Shown here: piece by piece, positions 45,221-55,430 of the stretch
Numbering within the stretch: the first letter of the stretch is position 1
Layout: each line of letters opens with the position of its first letter
Assembly (NCBI GenBank): GCA_965213925.1
Contig: OZ243927.1
Span: 3,616,001 to 3,680,000 of the forward strand
Length of the DNA: 64,000 nt
Source of the DNA: Trueperaceae bacterium
Lineage (GTDB): Bacteria > Deinococcota > Deinococci > Deinococcales > Trueperaceae
Direction: 5' to 3'
The notes under the pieces: generated by a model
The model's input: the letters and a program-made list of their open reading frames with translations, nothing else
What the model was told of the DNA's origin: nothing
The model's database searches: none
Position numbers and translations under genes: made by a program

Positions 45221-46108
45221 ATGAAAACCCTCGGCTTAGACTTGGGCGGCACCAAAATCGCCGCCGCCATCGTCGAAGACGGCGAGATGCTCAGCCAACA
45301 CCAGGTCAGCACCCCGCATTCGGGCTATGACGATGTGTTGGGAGCGCTGAGCGAGGCGGCGAAGTTCGTCCTGGCGGACTACCCCGACGTCGAGCACGTC
45401 GGTCTCGGCTCGCCCGGACCGCTCGACTTAGAGGCGGGCAAGGTGCTCTTTGCGCCGAATATTCCGGGCATGGAAGACGTTAGCATCGCTAAAGATTTAG
45501 GGGAGCACTTGGGGCGCGCCGTCGTGCTGGAGAATGATGCCAACGCTGCAGGCTACGCCGAACACCTCTTCGGGGCGGCGCGCGACCTAACCAGCAGCAT
45601 CTACGTCACCATTTCGACGGGCGTTGGCGGCGGCCTCTTTTTAGGTGAAGACATCGTTCACGGCGCGGACGGCGTTGCGGGCGAAGTCGGGCACATGACC
45701 CTGCAGCTCGGCGGACCCCTATGCGGCTGCGGTCACTATGGCTGCTGGGAGGCAGTCGCGGCGGGGCGGGCGATCGCCAGAGACGCCTCACACAGTTACG
45801 GCGAAGACTTGAAGACTCGTGAGGTCTTCGAGCGAGCTAAAGCGGGCGAGCGCAAAGCCCTCCAAGCCGTGGACCAAGCGGCGCGCTATACGGGGCTCGG
45901 GCTCGCCAACTTGCTCAAAGCCTTTAACCCCGACGGGTTCGTGATCGGTGGCGGGCTGATCCGCGCAGGCGACTTCTACATCGACAAGATTCAGGCGGCA
46001 GCAGACGAGTTCTGCGTAGGCTATCCAAAGGTGGAGATACGCATCGCCGAACTCGGCACGGACGCGGGCGTGATTGGGGCGGCGAGCGTGGCGACGCGGG
46101 AAGTGTAA
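45221..46108 (+). CDS. glk: ROK-family sugar kinase (glucokinase-like)
   Basis: GLDLGGTK, ENDANAA, STGVGGG, GEVGH, CGCGHYGCWE. Confidence 0.88.
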   Translation: MKTLGLDLGGTKIAAAIVEDGEMLSQHQVSTPHSGYDDVLGALSEAAKFVLADYPDVEHVGLGSPGPLDLEAGKVLFAPNIPGMEDVSIAKDLGEHLGRAVVLENDANAAGYAEHLFGAARDLTSSIYVTISTGVGGGLFLGEDIVHGADGVAGEVGHMTLQLGGPLCGCGHYGCWEAVAAGRAIARDASHSYGEDLKTREVFERAKAGERKALQAVDQAARYTGLGLANLLKAFNPDGFVIGGGLIRAGDFYIDKIQAAADEFCVGYPKVEIRIAELGTDAGVIGAASVATREV

Positions 46109-46245
46109 CACTGGTTCCGCATGAACCTTGACACACGTAATTAAGTACTCGTACATAGTTGCATTACAACTTTTGAGCCGTCCGTCGAGCATGAGGTTTG
46201 ACTCGAGCCCCCTGTTCTCTCTAAGCTCAACCGTTAAACTAAAGC

Positions 46246-46857
46246 ATGATCGACATTACCAGAGCCCTCAAGACCAAATACCCAACCTGGCCCGGCGACA
46301 CCGACTTCAAGCTTAAAGACACCGCCAACATGCGCGACGGCTCGCCCGTGAACATCATGGCGATAAAGACGACGACGCACGTCGGCACACATTTAGACGC
46401 GCCCTACCACTACACGGATGAGGGCGACAGGCTCAGCGCAGTGCCCCTAGAGCTGCTCGTCGGCGACGCGCAGGTGCTGCACGCGCTCGCCTACGACGCG
46501 GTGCCCGCCGAGACCGTCGAACCTTTTGACGCGCTACCCGAGCGCGTCCTCTTCTTCACCGGACAGCCTGACGTGTGGGCTGAGTTTCCCGAGGACTTCA
46601 CCGCGCTCACCCCCGAACTCATCCACGCGCTCAGCGAGCGCGGCGTGAAGGTCGTCGGTATTGATAGCCCGAGCGTGGACCAATTCAACAGCAAGGACTT
46701 GCCCGTTCACAAAGCGTGCGCCGAGACGGGCCTCTACATCGTCGAAGGCTTGAATTTGCAGGGGGTGGACGAGGGGCGCTATCACCTCATCTGCTTGCCG
46801 CTCAACATGCCCGACGCCGACGCTTCGCCGGTGCGAGCGGTGTTGACCAAACCGTGA
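46246..46857 (+). CDS. kynB: Kynurenine formamidase (cyclase family)
   Basis: HVGTHLDAPYH, GIDSPSVD, DASPVRA. Adjacent to kynureninase. Confidence 0.88.
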   Translation: MIDITRALKTKYPTWPGDTDFKLKDTANMRDGSPVNIMAIKTTTHVGTHLDAPYHYTDEGDRLSAVPLELLVGDAQVLHALAYDAVPAETVEPFDALPERVLFFTGQPDVWAEFPEDFTALTPELIHALSERGVKVVGIDSPSVDQFNSKDLPVHKACAETGLYIVEGLNLQGVDEGRYHLICLPLNMPDADASPVRAVLTKP

Positions 46858-46864
46858 GCCGCCC

Positions 46865-48046
46865 GTGAAGCGCGAAGCGTTTTTGCTCCCTAAAGGCATC
46901 TATCTGGACGGCAACTCGCTCGGACCGCTCTCTTACGGGGCGCAAGCCGCCATCGAGCGGCGGCTCAAGCAGTGGCAGGTGTACGGCGTGAGCGCGTGGG
47001 AGGAGTGGTTCGCGCTCTCCGAGCGGCTCTCCCCTGCGCTAGCGAAACTCGTCGGCGCGAAACCGGCTGAGGTCATCGCGACCGGAACGCTGACGGGCAA
47101 CCTCCACGCTCTGCTCGCTACCTTTTACCAACCCGAAGGAAAGAAGCGCAACCTGCTCGCCACCTCGCTCGACTTCCCGAGCGACCTCTACGCGCTGCAA
47201 GCTTGGGCGGAGCGCATGGGCGCAGACCTCAAACTCATCCCCGCGAGAAACCCCCACACCCTCCACCCCGACGACATCCGCGACGCGCTCACGGACGACA
47301 TCGCGCTCGCCGTTCTCCCCACCGTGCTCTACCGGAGCGGGCAACTTCTGAACGTCCGAGAGGTCACGGCGCAGGCTAAAGAAAGAGGGATTACGGTCGG
47401 TTGGGACGCGGCGCACTCGGTCGGCGCGGTGCCGCACGCCTTTCACGAGGCGGGCGCGGACTTCGCGGTGTGGTGCTCGTACAAATATCTGAACGCCGGA
47501 CCGGGCGCACCGGGCGGCCTGTTCGTCCACGAAGAGCACCATCACCTCAAACCGGGACTGCCCGGCTGGTGGGGTCACGAAAAGGCGACGCAGTTCGAGA
47601 TGAACCACGACTTCACGCCCGCGGCGGGCGCGGGCGCGTATCAGATGAGTACGCCTAGTATCTTGGCGTTGGGGGGGCTCGAGGGCGCGCTCTCCCTCTT
47701 CGAAGAGGTCGGCATCGAGGCGGTGCGCCGACGTTCGCTGGAGTTGACCGACACCTTCATCAAACTCGCGGACGAACACCTGCCCGAGATGACCTTGCAG
47801 ACGCCGCGCAGCCACGCCGGGCGAGGCGGCCACATCGTCCTGGAGCACCCGAACGCGAAGCAGCTCAGCGCCGCCCTGCGTCAGCGCGACATCATCCCGG
47901 ACTACCGCGAGCCCGACCTCTTGCGGCTCGCCCCCACCGCGCTCTACAACACCGAAGCGGAAATCGAAGAGGTTGTCGGAGTGCTCAGGGAACTGTTGGA
48001 TAGCGGGAGTTATCAAGAGGTCGAGGCTGAGCAGCAGGTGACTTGA
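46865..48046 (+). CDS. kynU: Kynureninase
   Basis: YLDGNSLG, DFPSD, WDAAHSVG, WCSYKYLNAGPG, GWWGH. Confidence 0.95.
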   Translation: MKREAFLLPKGIYLDGNSLGPLSYGAQAAIERRLKQWQVYGVSAWEEWFALSERLSPALAKLVGAKPAEVIATGTLTGNLHALLATFYQPEGKKRNLLATSLDFPSDLYALQAWAERMGADLKLIPARNPHTLHPDDIRDALTDDIALAVLPTVLYRSGQLLNVREVTAQAKERGITVGWDAAHSVGAVPHAFHEAGADFAVWCSYKYLNAGPGAPGGLFVHEEHHHLKPGLPGWWGHEKATQFEMNHDFTPAAGAGAYQMSTPSILALGGLEGALSLFEEVGIEAVRRRSLELTDTFIKLADEHLPEMTLQTPRSHAGRGGHIVLEHPNAKQLSAALRQRDIIPDYREPDLLRLAPTALYNTEAEIEEVVGVLRELLDSGSYQEVEAEQQVT

Positions 48047-48076
48047 ATCCCTTCGGTATTGCTCTAGGCTAAAGTT

Positions 48077-50755
48077 TTGATAGTATTGATTGTGTTAAGC
48101 GAAATTCAGAGCCTTCACAATGAAAGTGACGTGGAGCAGAAGCTCATATTTCCTCTGCTCACGTTACCAGAACCGCAGGGACTAGAGTACCCTGAATCAC
48201 AGATTCGGACTAAACCGGATATTCGACAGTTCTATATAGGAAAAGGAAAAGAGAAAAAGTTGTACTTTCCTGATTATATAGTGCTCGCATCTGGACATCC
48301 TGTTCTACTTATAGAAGCTAAAGGTCCCGGTGAAGACCTTGAAGAAGCATATAGAGAAGCGAGACTTTACGTAACAGAACTGAATGCTCAGTACAAAGCA
48401 GATTTCAATCCACTTACCCGAATTATTTGTACAAATGGCAACTTACTTATCGCTGGTAGGTGGGACACAAACCAGTACGAGCACAGCTTGTCGATTGATA
48501 AATTGCAAGTTGGAAATCCTGAGTTCGCCACTTTTGTAAGTTCTTACTCCAATTCTACCCTTCTTAAAGAAATAGAAGCATTTTTAGATACGTTGGTTGA
48601 AAGACCCTTTCATATGCCTATTCGCCTTATAGGTGGACAAGCTATTCAGAATGCAGAAATTGGACGAAATGGTTTTGGTAATACATTAGCTTTAGAGTAC
48701 CGTCACTTATTCAATCCTTCATCGCGGAAAGAACGGGTAAACATAGTAAGTAACGCATACGTCTCATCTAAGCATCGAGAGCGATATATCGACCCTATTG
48801 ATCGAATTATTCGAGCAGCTTTGCCATCAAGTAGGGCTGATTCAAAACTCATTGCAAATGTAGACAATCCTAGAGAACTTTTAAGTATTCTCTCCCGGGG
48901 TAAAGAGTTGGAGCAACAAGTTCTTCTCCTAATAGGCGGAGTTGGAACGGGGAAATCAACTTTCATAGACTACCTGAGAGCAGTTAAGTTACCTGATGAT
49001 CTTGTAAAAACTACTAACTGGGTACATATCAACATGAATAGGGCTCCTATCAACCCGGAAGCTATTTACCAGTGGATCGCTGATGAGATCGTCTCCGCAC
49101 TTCAGCAAGATTACTCAGATATCGATTTCGAAGAGCTGGAAATTATTCAGAGAGTTTTTTCGGTTGAACTTAATCGTCAGCGGAAAGGACCGCTAAAATT
49201 ACTGACGCCTAGGAGCGAAGCATACAATACTCGTCTCGCGGATGCCATTACAAATCTGCAAAATGATTGGAAGGCGTCTGCCAATGCTCATATCAGATAT
49301 TTGTGCGCTGAACGAGGCAAGCTGTTGATTATCGTTTTGGATAATTGCGATAAGCGGCTCCGCGATGAGCAGTTATTAATGTTCGAGGTGGCTCAGTGGC
49401 TTCAAGGAGAATTTCGATGCCTCGTTATCCTTCCTTTGCGAGAGGAAACGTACAATAACCATCGGGCTGAACCACCATTAGATACAGCTCTAAAAGATTT
49501 AGTTTTCAGGATTGAACCTCCTCCATTCCATAGAGTCCTTCAAGAAAGAGTCAATCTCATGATCAAAGAAATGAGAGAGAGAGACAATGGACGCAATTTT
49601 TCATTTGATTTACCGAATGGGGTGCGAGTAACATTCACCCTGGAAGAACAAACGAAGTACCTGAATACCCTTCTCAAGTCTCTATTTCTCCACAACAATT
49701 TCATCAAAAATATGATCGTGGGCTTGTCAGGTCGCAACCTCCGTCAGGCGATGGAAATATTTATAGATCTATGTACGAGCGGTTACATCGGCGAGGATGA
49801 AATCTTCAGAATTCGTCAAGCAGAAGGTGACTATTCGATACCATTTCACGTAATTTGCAGGGTTTTACTTCGACTTAACAGACGTTACTACAATGGTGAT
49901 GATTCATATATCAAAAATTTGTTTCAGGCTGACCCACAAGACGCTAATCCAAACCATTTTGTCAGGTTAGCAATTCTAAGATGGCTACAAGATAGGTTTC
50001 AAATGGAAGGTCCAAGTAGCGTAAAAGGTTTCTTTCCCCTGAGGAATATAAAGGCAGATTTAACACTACTTGGGGTAAATGAACAGGTAATTCACCGTGA
50101 GTTGATTTATCTGCTGAAATCCCGGTGCATAATTGCAGAGCATCTGGGCAATGATAAAGTAGTAGATGATGACTTAGTATGTTTAGCGCCGGCTGGTTTC
50201 GTACATTTAGACTTAGTTGAGAAGGTGGATTACTTCGCAGCTATTGCTGAGGACACTTGGTTTGATCGTGAAGCTGAGGCTCGGCAAATCGCTCATAGAA
50301 TTGGCTCAGACAGTCATCTAAAAATAAATGCTCAGGCACGAAATGCGGAAACAGTAGTAAACTACCTAAAGGATAAATTGGAAAATGCGCTCCCGCATCC
50401 CGAAGGCTTTCTGCTTAATTCTCCGTCTGAGCGCTTACTTGACTTCTCCAAATCTGTGGAAGGTGTAAACAAGTTCTTACGTATGCGAGCTGCCAAAGAC
50501 CCTTGGTTTGCGGTAAATGAGCGATATCAAATTGGTCAAGTCGTAACTGGAGTTGTCCGGAGAAATCATCCTGAACTTGGCGTCTTCATTGAAATTGAAC
50601 CAGGTATAGATGGGCTAGCACACAAGAGAGGGTTTTCCAATCAAGGTTTTGAAGAAGGATTGGTTTATGATCAAAGGATTTCAGTAAAAATCTTAGACAT
50701 TCAAGATTTGAGAGAGCGAATGAGCTTGAAAGTGGTTTTCGATGGTTATGCTTGA
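48077..50755 (+). CDS. AT-rich protein: HsdR-N-like PD-(D/E)xK nuclease + P-loop NTPase + C-terminal S1 domain (putative defence protein); likely start GTG 48092
   Basis: NESDVEQK...PDYIV...LIEAK, Walker A GGVGTGKST, Walker B IIVLDNCD, GQVVTGVV...GVFIEIEPGIDGLAH...VKILDI. Confidence 0.75.
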   Translation: MIVLIVLSEIQSLHNESDVEQKLIFPLLTLPEPQGLEYPESQIRTKPDIRQFYIGKGKEKKLYFPDYIVLASGHPVLLIEAKGPGEDLEEAYREARLYVTELNAQYKADFNPLTRIICTNGNLLIAGRWDTNQYEHSLSIDKLQVGNPEFATFVSSYSNSTLLKEIEAFLDTLVERPFHMPIRLIGGQAIQNAEIGRNGFGNTLALEYRHLFNPSSRKERVNIVSNAYVSSKHRERYIDPIDRIIRAALPSSRADSKLIANVDNPRELLSILSRGKELEQQVLLLIGGVGTGKSTFIDYLRAVKLPDDLVKTTNWVHINMNRAPINPEAIYQWIADEIVSALQQDYSDIDFEELEIIQRVFSVELNRQRKGPLKLLTPRSEAYNTRLADAITNLQNDWKASANAHIRYLCAERGKLLIIVLDNCDKRLRDEQLLMFEVAQWLQGEFRCLVILPLREETYNNHRAEPPLDTALKDLVFRIEPPPFHRVLQERVNLMIKEMRERDNGRNFSFDLPNGVRVTFTLEEQTKYLNTLLKSLFLHNNFIKNMIVGLSGRNLRQAMEIFIDLCTSGYIGEDEIFRIRQAEGDYSIPFHVICRVLLRLNRRYYNGDDSYIKNLFQADPQDANPNHFVRLAILRWLQDRFQMEGPSSVKGFFPLRNIKADLTLLGVNEQVIHRELIYLLKSRCIIAEHLGNDKVVDDDLVCLAPAGFVHLDLVEKVDYFAAIAEDTWFDREAEARQIAHRIGSDSHLKINAQARNAETVVNYLKDKLENALPHPEGFLLNSPSERLLDFSKSVEGVNKFLRMRAAKDPWFAVNERYQIGQVVTGVVRRNHPELGVFIEIEPGIDGLAHKRGFSNQGFEEGLVYDQRISVKILDIQDLRERMSLKVVFDGYA

Positions 50756-50794
50756 AGTGATAAGCGTTCGTGAGAATCTGAGTGTCTAGCAATA

Positions 50795-53416
50795 CTATAG
50801 TGGCAGCCTCAATCCCACCCTATACCAAAACCCGTCCGCGTAGCCCAAGGTTACGCTAAAGCTCGTCGGCGCACCGTAGTTGACAACTGTGTCGAGCGAG
50901 AGGGTGAAATCCGCGCCGACGTGAAGCTTGGAGTCCAGCCAGGTGCGCACTCTGGGCTCTAAAGACACGCGCTCGGCGGCGTAGAGCCCGTCGCCATAAC
51001 GGAGCGTGAGGGGCAAACTGCGGCGGTAGCCCACGGTGAAGGTGGTGTTTAGGTCGGTATCCGTTGGGGCGGGAATGAGCTTCGCCGGGCGGTAGCCGCT
51101 GCGTCCGCTAAGCTCTAGGGTTCCCGCCGACAGGGGCGCGTAGTAGGCGGCGTCTAGCCAAGCCCCCAGCGAGGGACGTTCCGGCGTCGCACTCCACACC
51201 CCTGACACGCCCCCTCTAAATCCCCGTATTCGGTAGTCCCAGTTATCGCTGCGCAGCTTTGAAAGGGACGCGCTCGTGTAGCCGTCGAACTGGAGATCGC
51301 CGCGCGACGGCAGGCGGAGCGCGCCCGCTCGGAGGAAGGCGTAGAGCGTCCACTGGTCAAGGGGCAGCCGCGCCGCCACGTCGCCCATTAGCCCGAACGC
51401 GACCTCTTCGGCTCTTTTGAGGTGTGGGTCGTGCGGCCACAGCCCCGCACGCACGCCGAAACTTAGCGGCTGCTGCGCCTCTAAAAGCCCGCCCTCGCCG
51501 TAAGCATAGCGGAGATTCGAGAAGAGACCCAAGGGCGTCCCCGAGAGGCGCGTGTCGAACCCGAGCGCCACACTGTAGTTGTGAACGCCGCTGTTATCTT
51601 GCCCTAACACCAACGCGCTCGCCGCCACGTTCAGAGGCGAAAATGCCACCTCGCTCCCCGTCGGCAACCAACCATACGGGAGGAGGCTAGGGAACGGTGA
51701 GTAGTCTCTTACCGGAAAGGGTCGCGCCACCTCTACGTCAGTAGCGGGGAGCGGCTCTCTTACGAGTTCTGCGGACAGGTCTAAAGGATCGTCTAAAAAA
51801 GCGAGGTTGTAGCCCTTGGTACCTAAGCGCGTGTAGAGAAATCCGTCTTCACTCACCTCCGGACTAAACGCGCCGCCGACGGTGCGCGTCAGTTGGGTAA
51901 GGGTTTGGGAGGACAGCGCCAAGCTGTAAAGCTCGAAGACCTCTTCCCCGTTCGCGTCTCTATCCGAGCGGAAGACGATTTCCGTCTCACCGCGCCAGGT
52001 GGGGTCTAAGTCCTGCGCGGCGTCTTGGGTGAGGTAGCGCAGCCTGCTCTCTTCCAACACCGCCAAGTCCACAAACCCCGCCCGCCACACGCTGAGCGCG
52101 ACGCGCCCCGCGTCACTCGCGGAGAGTCCGACGACGTGCTCGCCGTTCGGTGCGCGCCAGAGCGTCTCGGTCTCCCCGTCACACCAGCGCCGCACCTGCG
52201 AGGGCTCGGTCACGATGTCGTGGACGTAGAGGATGCACCCGTCTGGAGTCGGAGTCGGAAACTGCGTCCGCGCGCCCTCTGTCAACTGCGTTTCTTTGCC
52301 CGTCACCACGTCCAGCGTGAAGAGTTCGGAGAATTCGCTCCCTGGGCGGCGCACGGGGCGAGCGTAGAGGAGCGTCCGCTCGTTCAACCACGCCAGCGTG
52401 CTCGGCAGCCTGTCGCGGATGAGTTGGCGCTGATTTGAAAGTTCGCCGTCTATAAAGTCCGCGACGACGATAGCGGGCGGCCACGAGACCCACGCGAGCT
52501 TCGTTCCGTCGCGGCTCGAGGCGGGCGCGCGGGTGTACCAGTTCGTCTCGGTGAGCGTGCGCCCCGCCTGAACGTCGTCCGCCTTAGCCTCGGCGACCTC
52601 TTTGGCTGAGTCCCACCACGCCTCCCACTCGTCCGCTAAATCCGTCCCGACCGCCCGCTGCCACGCGCTAGCGAAGGGCGTGAAGAATGCGCCAGCGTTG
52701 TAGATGCGCAACGTCTCTAATATCGCCTCGAAACTGTGCCGCTCGATCAAATAGTCAATAAACGCCGCGCCGTAGAGGTAGCGCGCCGCGCCGCCGGGCC
52801 ACGCGCCATACGTCGTCAAGCTCACGTCGCTAAGGGGAGGATGCTCGCCCAGCGCCGCGCTCCGCACGAGTCCGGTGGTGAGCGCATCTTCTAAGCGCCC
52901 CCCTAGAGTGAATTCAGACTCCACCCACACCGCCAAACCCTCGATGAGCCAAGGGGGAGGCACGGCGGCGAGGTCTTCGCCGACGATGCCCAAGCGCGGC
53001 AGACCAGGCGTTTCACCCTCAGGGAGCGCGTTGTAGCTGAGTTGAATATTGTGGGTGAGTTCGTGCAGGAGCAAGAGCGTGAGGTCGTCCTGGGTGCGGT
53101 AGCCCAAACTCAGGTCGTTGGGAAAGAGGGCGCGAAGCGCGACTTTGGGGCGGGGCAGGGCGAACGCGGTGGCGTTGTAAACGTCGGTGGTGGGGTCGAT
53201 CGTCAGGGTGATGGTGTCTGGCGCGAAGTCGAACAGCGGGATGAGCACGTCCAGTGCCTCTTCCGCTTCCGCTGCGACGCGCTGGGCGAAAGGTTCTAAG
53301 CTAGGGTCGTCGAAGAGGACGCGCACGCGCGGCGCAACGACCTCTTGTGTCGCCGACGCGCAGGGTGTTAGGACGAAGAGGAGAGCGAACAGTAAGCAGG
53401 CTTTAGCGTAGCGCAC
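50795..53416 (-). CDS. Secreted protein: HExxH metallopeptidase-like domain + TolB/PD40-like propeller + C-terminal beta-barrel
   Basis: LLLHELTH...PWLIEGLA, DLDPTW...FRSDR / AFSPEVS repeats, amphipathic strands ending YRVGLRLPL. Confidence 0.7.
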   Translation of the reverse strand: MRYAKACLLFALLFVLTPCASATQEVVAPRVRVLFDDPSLEPFAQRVAAEAEEALDVLIPLFDFAPDTITLTIDPTTDVYNATAFALPRPKVALRALFPNDLSLGYRTQDDLTLLLLHELTHNIQLSYNALPEGETPGLPRLGIVGEDLAAVPPPWLIEGLAVWVESEFTLGGRLEDALTTGLVRSAALGEHPPLSDVSLTTYGAWPGGAARYLYGAAFIDYLIERHSFEAILETLRIYNAGAFFTPFASAWQRAVGTDLADEWEAWWDSAKEVAEAKADDVQAGRTLTETNWYTRAPASSRDGTKLAWVSWPPAIVVADFIDGELSNQRQLIRDRLPSTLAWLNERTLLYARPVRRPGSEFSELFTLDVVTGKETQLTEGARTQFPTPTPDGCILYVHDIVTEPSQVRRWCDGETETLWRAPNGEHVVGLSASDAGRVALSVWRAGFVDLAVLEESRLRYLTQDAAQDLDPTWRGETEIVFRSDRDANGEEVFELYSLALSSQTLTQLTRTVGGAFSPEVSEDGFLYTRLGTKGYNLAFLDDPLDLSAELVREPLPATDVEVARPFPVRDYSPFPSLLPYGWLPTGSEVAFSPLNVAASALVLGQDNSGVHNYSVALGFDTRLSGTPLGLFSNLRYAYGEGGLLEAQQPLSFGVRAGLWPHDPHLKRAEEVAFGLMGDVAARLPLDQWTLYAFLRAGALRLPSRGDLQFDGYTSASLSKLRSDNWDYRIRGFRGGVSGVWSATPERPSLGAWLDAAYYAPLSAGTLELSGRSGYRPAKLIPAPTDTDLNTTFTVGYRRSLPLTLRYGDGLYAAERVSLEPRVRTWLDSKLHVGADFTLSLDTVVNYGAPTSFSVTLGYADGFWYRVGLRLPL

Positions 53417-53613
53417 GCGCCAGTATACCGGGAGAGCGGCCTCGCTTCTTTCAGCTATCTCACTTGCGTCCTATCTTTTACGGGTCGTCAAGCGTGAGGC
53501 GGAGCTACCTGCATCCGAGACGCCGCCTCGCGCTCACTTGTACAAAGAACGTCAAACACCACCTAACGTTCACCGCAAAGCGCAATTCAAAATCCTACTT
53601 ATTTGGAGTCACT

Positions 53614-53646
53614 GTCAGAACTTTGTAAGAGGTCGAGGCGTACAGT
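53614..53646 (+). promoter_or_regulatory. Direct-repeat box plus -10 element
   Basis: GTCAG-N6-GTAAG-N11-TACAGT. Confidence 0.55.
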
Positions 53647-53783
53647 AGGCGCAATGCAAGCGTTGTCAGGTCCACTGCAACCTTGTAAGAGGCGCTGACC
53701 CACCTAACACATCCCATCGGGCGCTAGGACAGGTGGTGAGCCAAGTGGCGCGACCGGCTTACAGAGAGTAGCAAGAAAGGATC

Positions 53784-55109
53784 GTGTATTACGCTATGCA
53801 GTGTAACCCTAAAAAACCCGTCACCAAATTTTTGAGGACGTGGCTGAGAGCCACGCTCCCTCCCCTACTCGCCACCGCGCTGGTCGCTTGCGGCGGTCTA
53901 ACCGTCAAAGAGGTCACGTCACCCCAGGGCGCGCCGGAGCGCTTCGACTACTCGCTCAACGTGGACGTTGCGGTGGACGCGAAACGAGCGGACGTCGAAG
54001 CGCTTTATGGCGGCGAGGTCGTCGTGTGGCGACCCGAAGCGGGCTTCGCGGTGCTCGGTTTGAACGATACGGGAGAGTTGAGCACGCTCAGCAAGAAACG
54101 GAGGAATAAGAACGTAGTCAAGTCTCCCGAGGTGATGGCGAGCGGCGCTCAAAGCGGCGGGCGCTCAGCTTGGAGCGGTGGGCGCTCGGCCTGGAGTGGC
54201 GGACGTTCGGCTTGGAGCGGCGGCGAACCGACGACGTTCACTGAGAACCTCAAGTTTTGGGACCAGATCAATTTAGCCGATGCTCAGCGGACGGCGCGCA
54301 ATCTAGGGCGCGGCGTCAAGGTCGCCGTGATCGACACCGGCATCGACCTCAACCACCCAGGCTTCGAGGGCAAGCTGGCTCCCACTCACGAGTGGAAAGA
54401 CTTCGTCGACGGAGACCGCTATCCGCAAGAGGTCGAAGGCTCCAACTACGGCCACGGCACAGGCGTCGCGAGCGTCGTCATTCAAGTCGCGCCCCGCGCG
54501 ACCATCCTGCCCTTACGCGCCCTCAGACCCGACGGGAGCGGCGACGTAACTGACGTGACTGCCGCGGTGGACTGGGCCATTGCGCAAGGGGCAGACATCA
54601 TCAACCTTTCGCTTGGCACGGTGGACTACGACCGCTCCATCCAAAGGATGGTCGAATACGCGGCGCGTAAAAAGGTCTACGTGGTCGCCTCAGCCGGGAA
54701 TAGCGGCGACCGGCGCGTCACCTACCCGGCGGCTAACGGCGATGACGGTAGCGGCGACACCAAGAATTTCGTTCTGGGCGTAGGTAGTGTCAACCAACGG
54801 GACAAGAAGTCGAGCTTCTCGACCTACGGGGACCAGCTCGAGCTGCTCGCTCCCGGTGAGAACATGCTTACGCTCGCGCCTGAACGCAAGGTTGCTTTCT
54901 GGAACGGCACCTCTTTCGCCGCGCCAGTTGTCTCGGGTGCCCTCGCCCTAGCTTACGGTGAAAGGCTGGACAGCCGCGACGAATACGAGAAGCTCGCTGA
55001 CCACATTAACTCCTCGGCGAAAGACATCTCTGATCAAAATCCAGACATCACTCTGGGCTTCGGACGCCTCGACCTCAGGAGCTTCCTTAGAGATGAGCTA
55101 GACCTCTAA
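53784..55109 (+). CDS. S8 subtilisin-family serine protease, lipoprotein
   Basis: Lipobox LVAC, VAVIDTG, HGT, ASAGN, GTSFAAP. Confidence 0.93.
   Translation: MYYAMQCNPKKPVTKFLRTWLRATLPPLLATALVACGGLTVKEVTSPQGAPERFDYSLNVDVAVDAKRADVEALYGGEVVVWRPEAGFAVLGLNDTGELSTLSKKRRNKNVVKSPEVMASGAQSGGRSAWSGGRSAWSGGRSAWSGGEPTTFTENLKFWDQINLADAQRTARNLGRGVKVAVIDTGIDLNHPGFEGKLAPTHEWKDFVDGDRYPQEVEGSNYGHGTGVASVVIQVAPRATILPLRALRPDGSGDVTDVTAAVDWAIAQGADIINLSLGTVDYDRSIQRMVEYAARKKVYVVASAGNSGDRRVTYPAANGDDGSGDTKNFVLGVGSVNQRDKKSSFSTYGDQLELLAPGENMLTLAPERKVAFWNGTSFAAPVVSGALALAYGERLDSRDEYEKLADHINSSAKDISDQNPDITLGFGRLDLRSFLRDELDL
54153..54224 (+). repeat. Coding heptapeptide repeat (SGGRSAW)x3 + SGG
   Basis: Identical peptide encoded with synonymous codon differences. 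Confidence 0.85.
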
Positions 55110-55133
55110 AACAGAGAGCAGTTGGCAGTGCAG

Positions 55134-55159
55134 GCGGTGTGACGCTTACGTCACACCGC
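55134..55159 (+). terminator. Hairpin after the S8 gene
   Basis: GCGGTGTGACG-ctta-CGTCACACCGC. Confidence 0.7.
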
Positions 55160-55255
55160 TTCGCATTTATCTAGCAGCGTTAATAAGTGACTCGGCTTCG
55201 CTAACCTAAACTATCTCAATGAGACCTTAAGGCGGGCTTTGGCAGCATTATCTGG

Positions 55256-55368
55256 TTTAGATTATTTCGGTTAGAGTGCTTCGGCTTCGAAGACCTGAAC
55301 CATATTAGAAAAATTTTTTACGCTCAAGACGGACTTCGCCGGTATTTTCCAATTTAGATTATTTCGGT
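55256..55368. repeat. Perfect 16-bp direct repeat in intergenic DNA
   Basis: TTTAGATTATTTCGGT at 55256-55271 and 55353-55368. Confidence 0.8.
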
Positions 55369-55430
55369 GCACCTACTAAGTACTTAGAAGGCAGAATTTT
55401 CGTTAGGAGCAACGTATTTCGCAATCCTTT

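Noticed and set aside
47039..48016. 325-aa antisense ORF and many other overlapping ORFs in the track (e.g. 3935-4627, 37302-37874)
   Set aside because: Shadow frames of well-supported high-GC genes, with no recognisable motifs or start signals
48077..50755. Type I restriction subunit HsdR
   Set aside because: Only the N-terminal nuclease-like motif matches; there are no DEAD/SF2 helicase motifs and no hsdM/hsdS nearby
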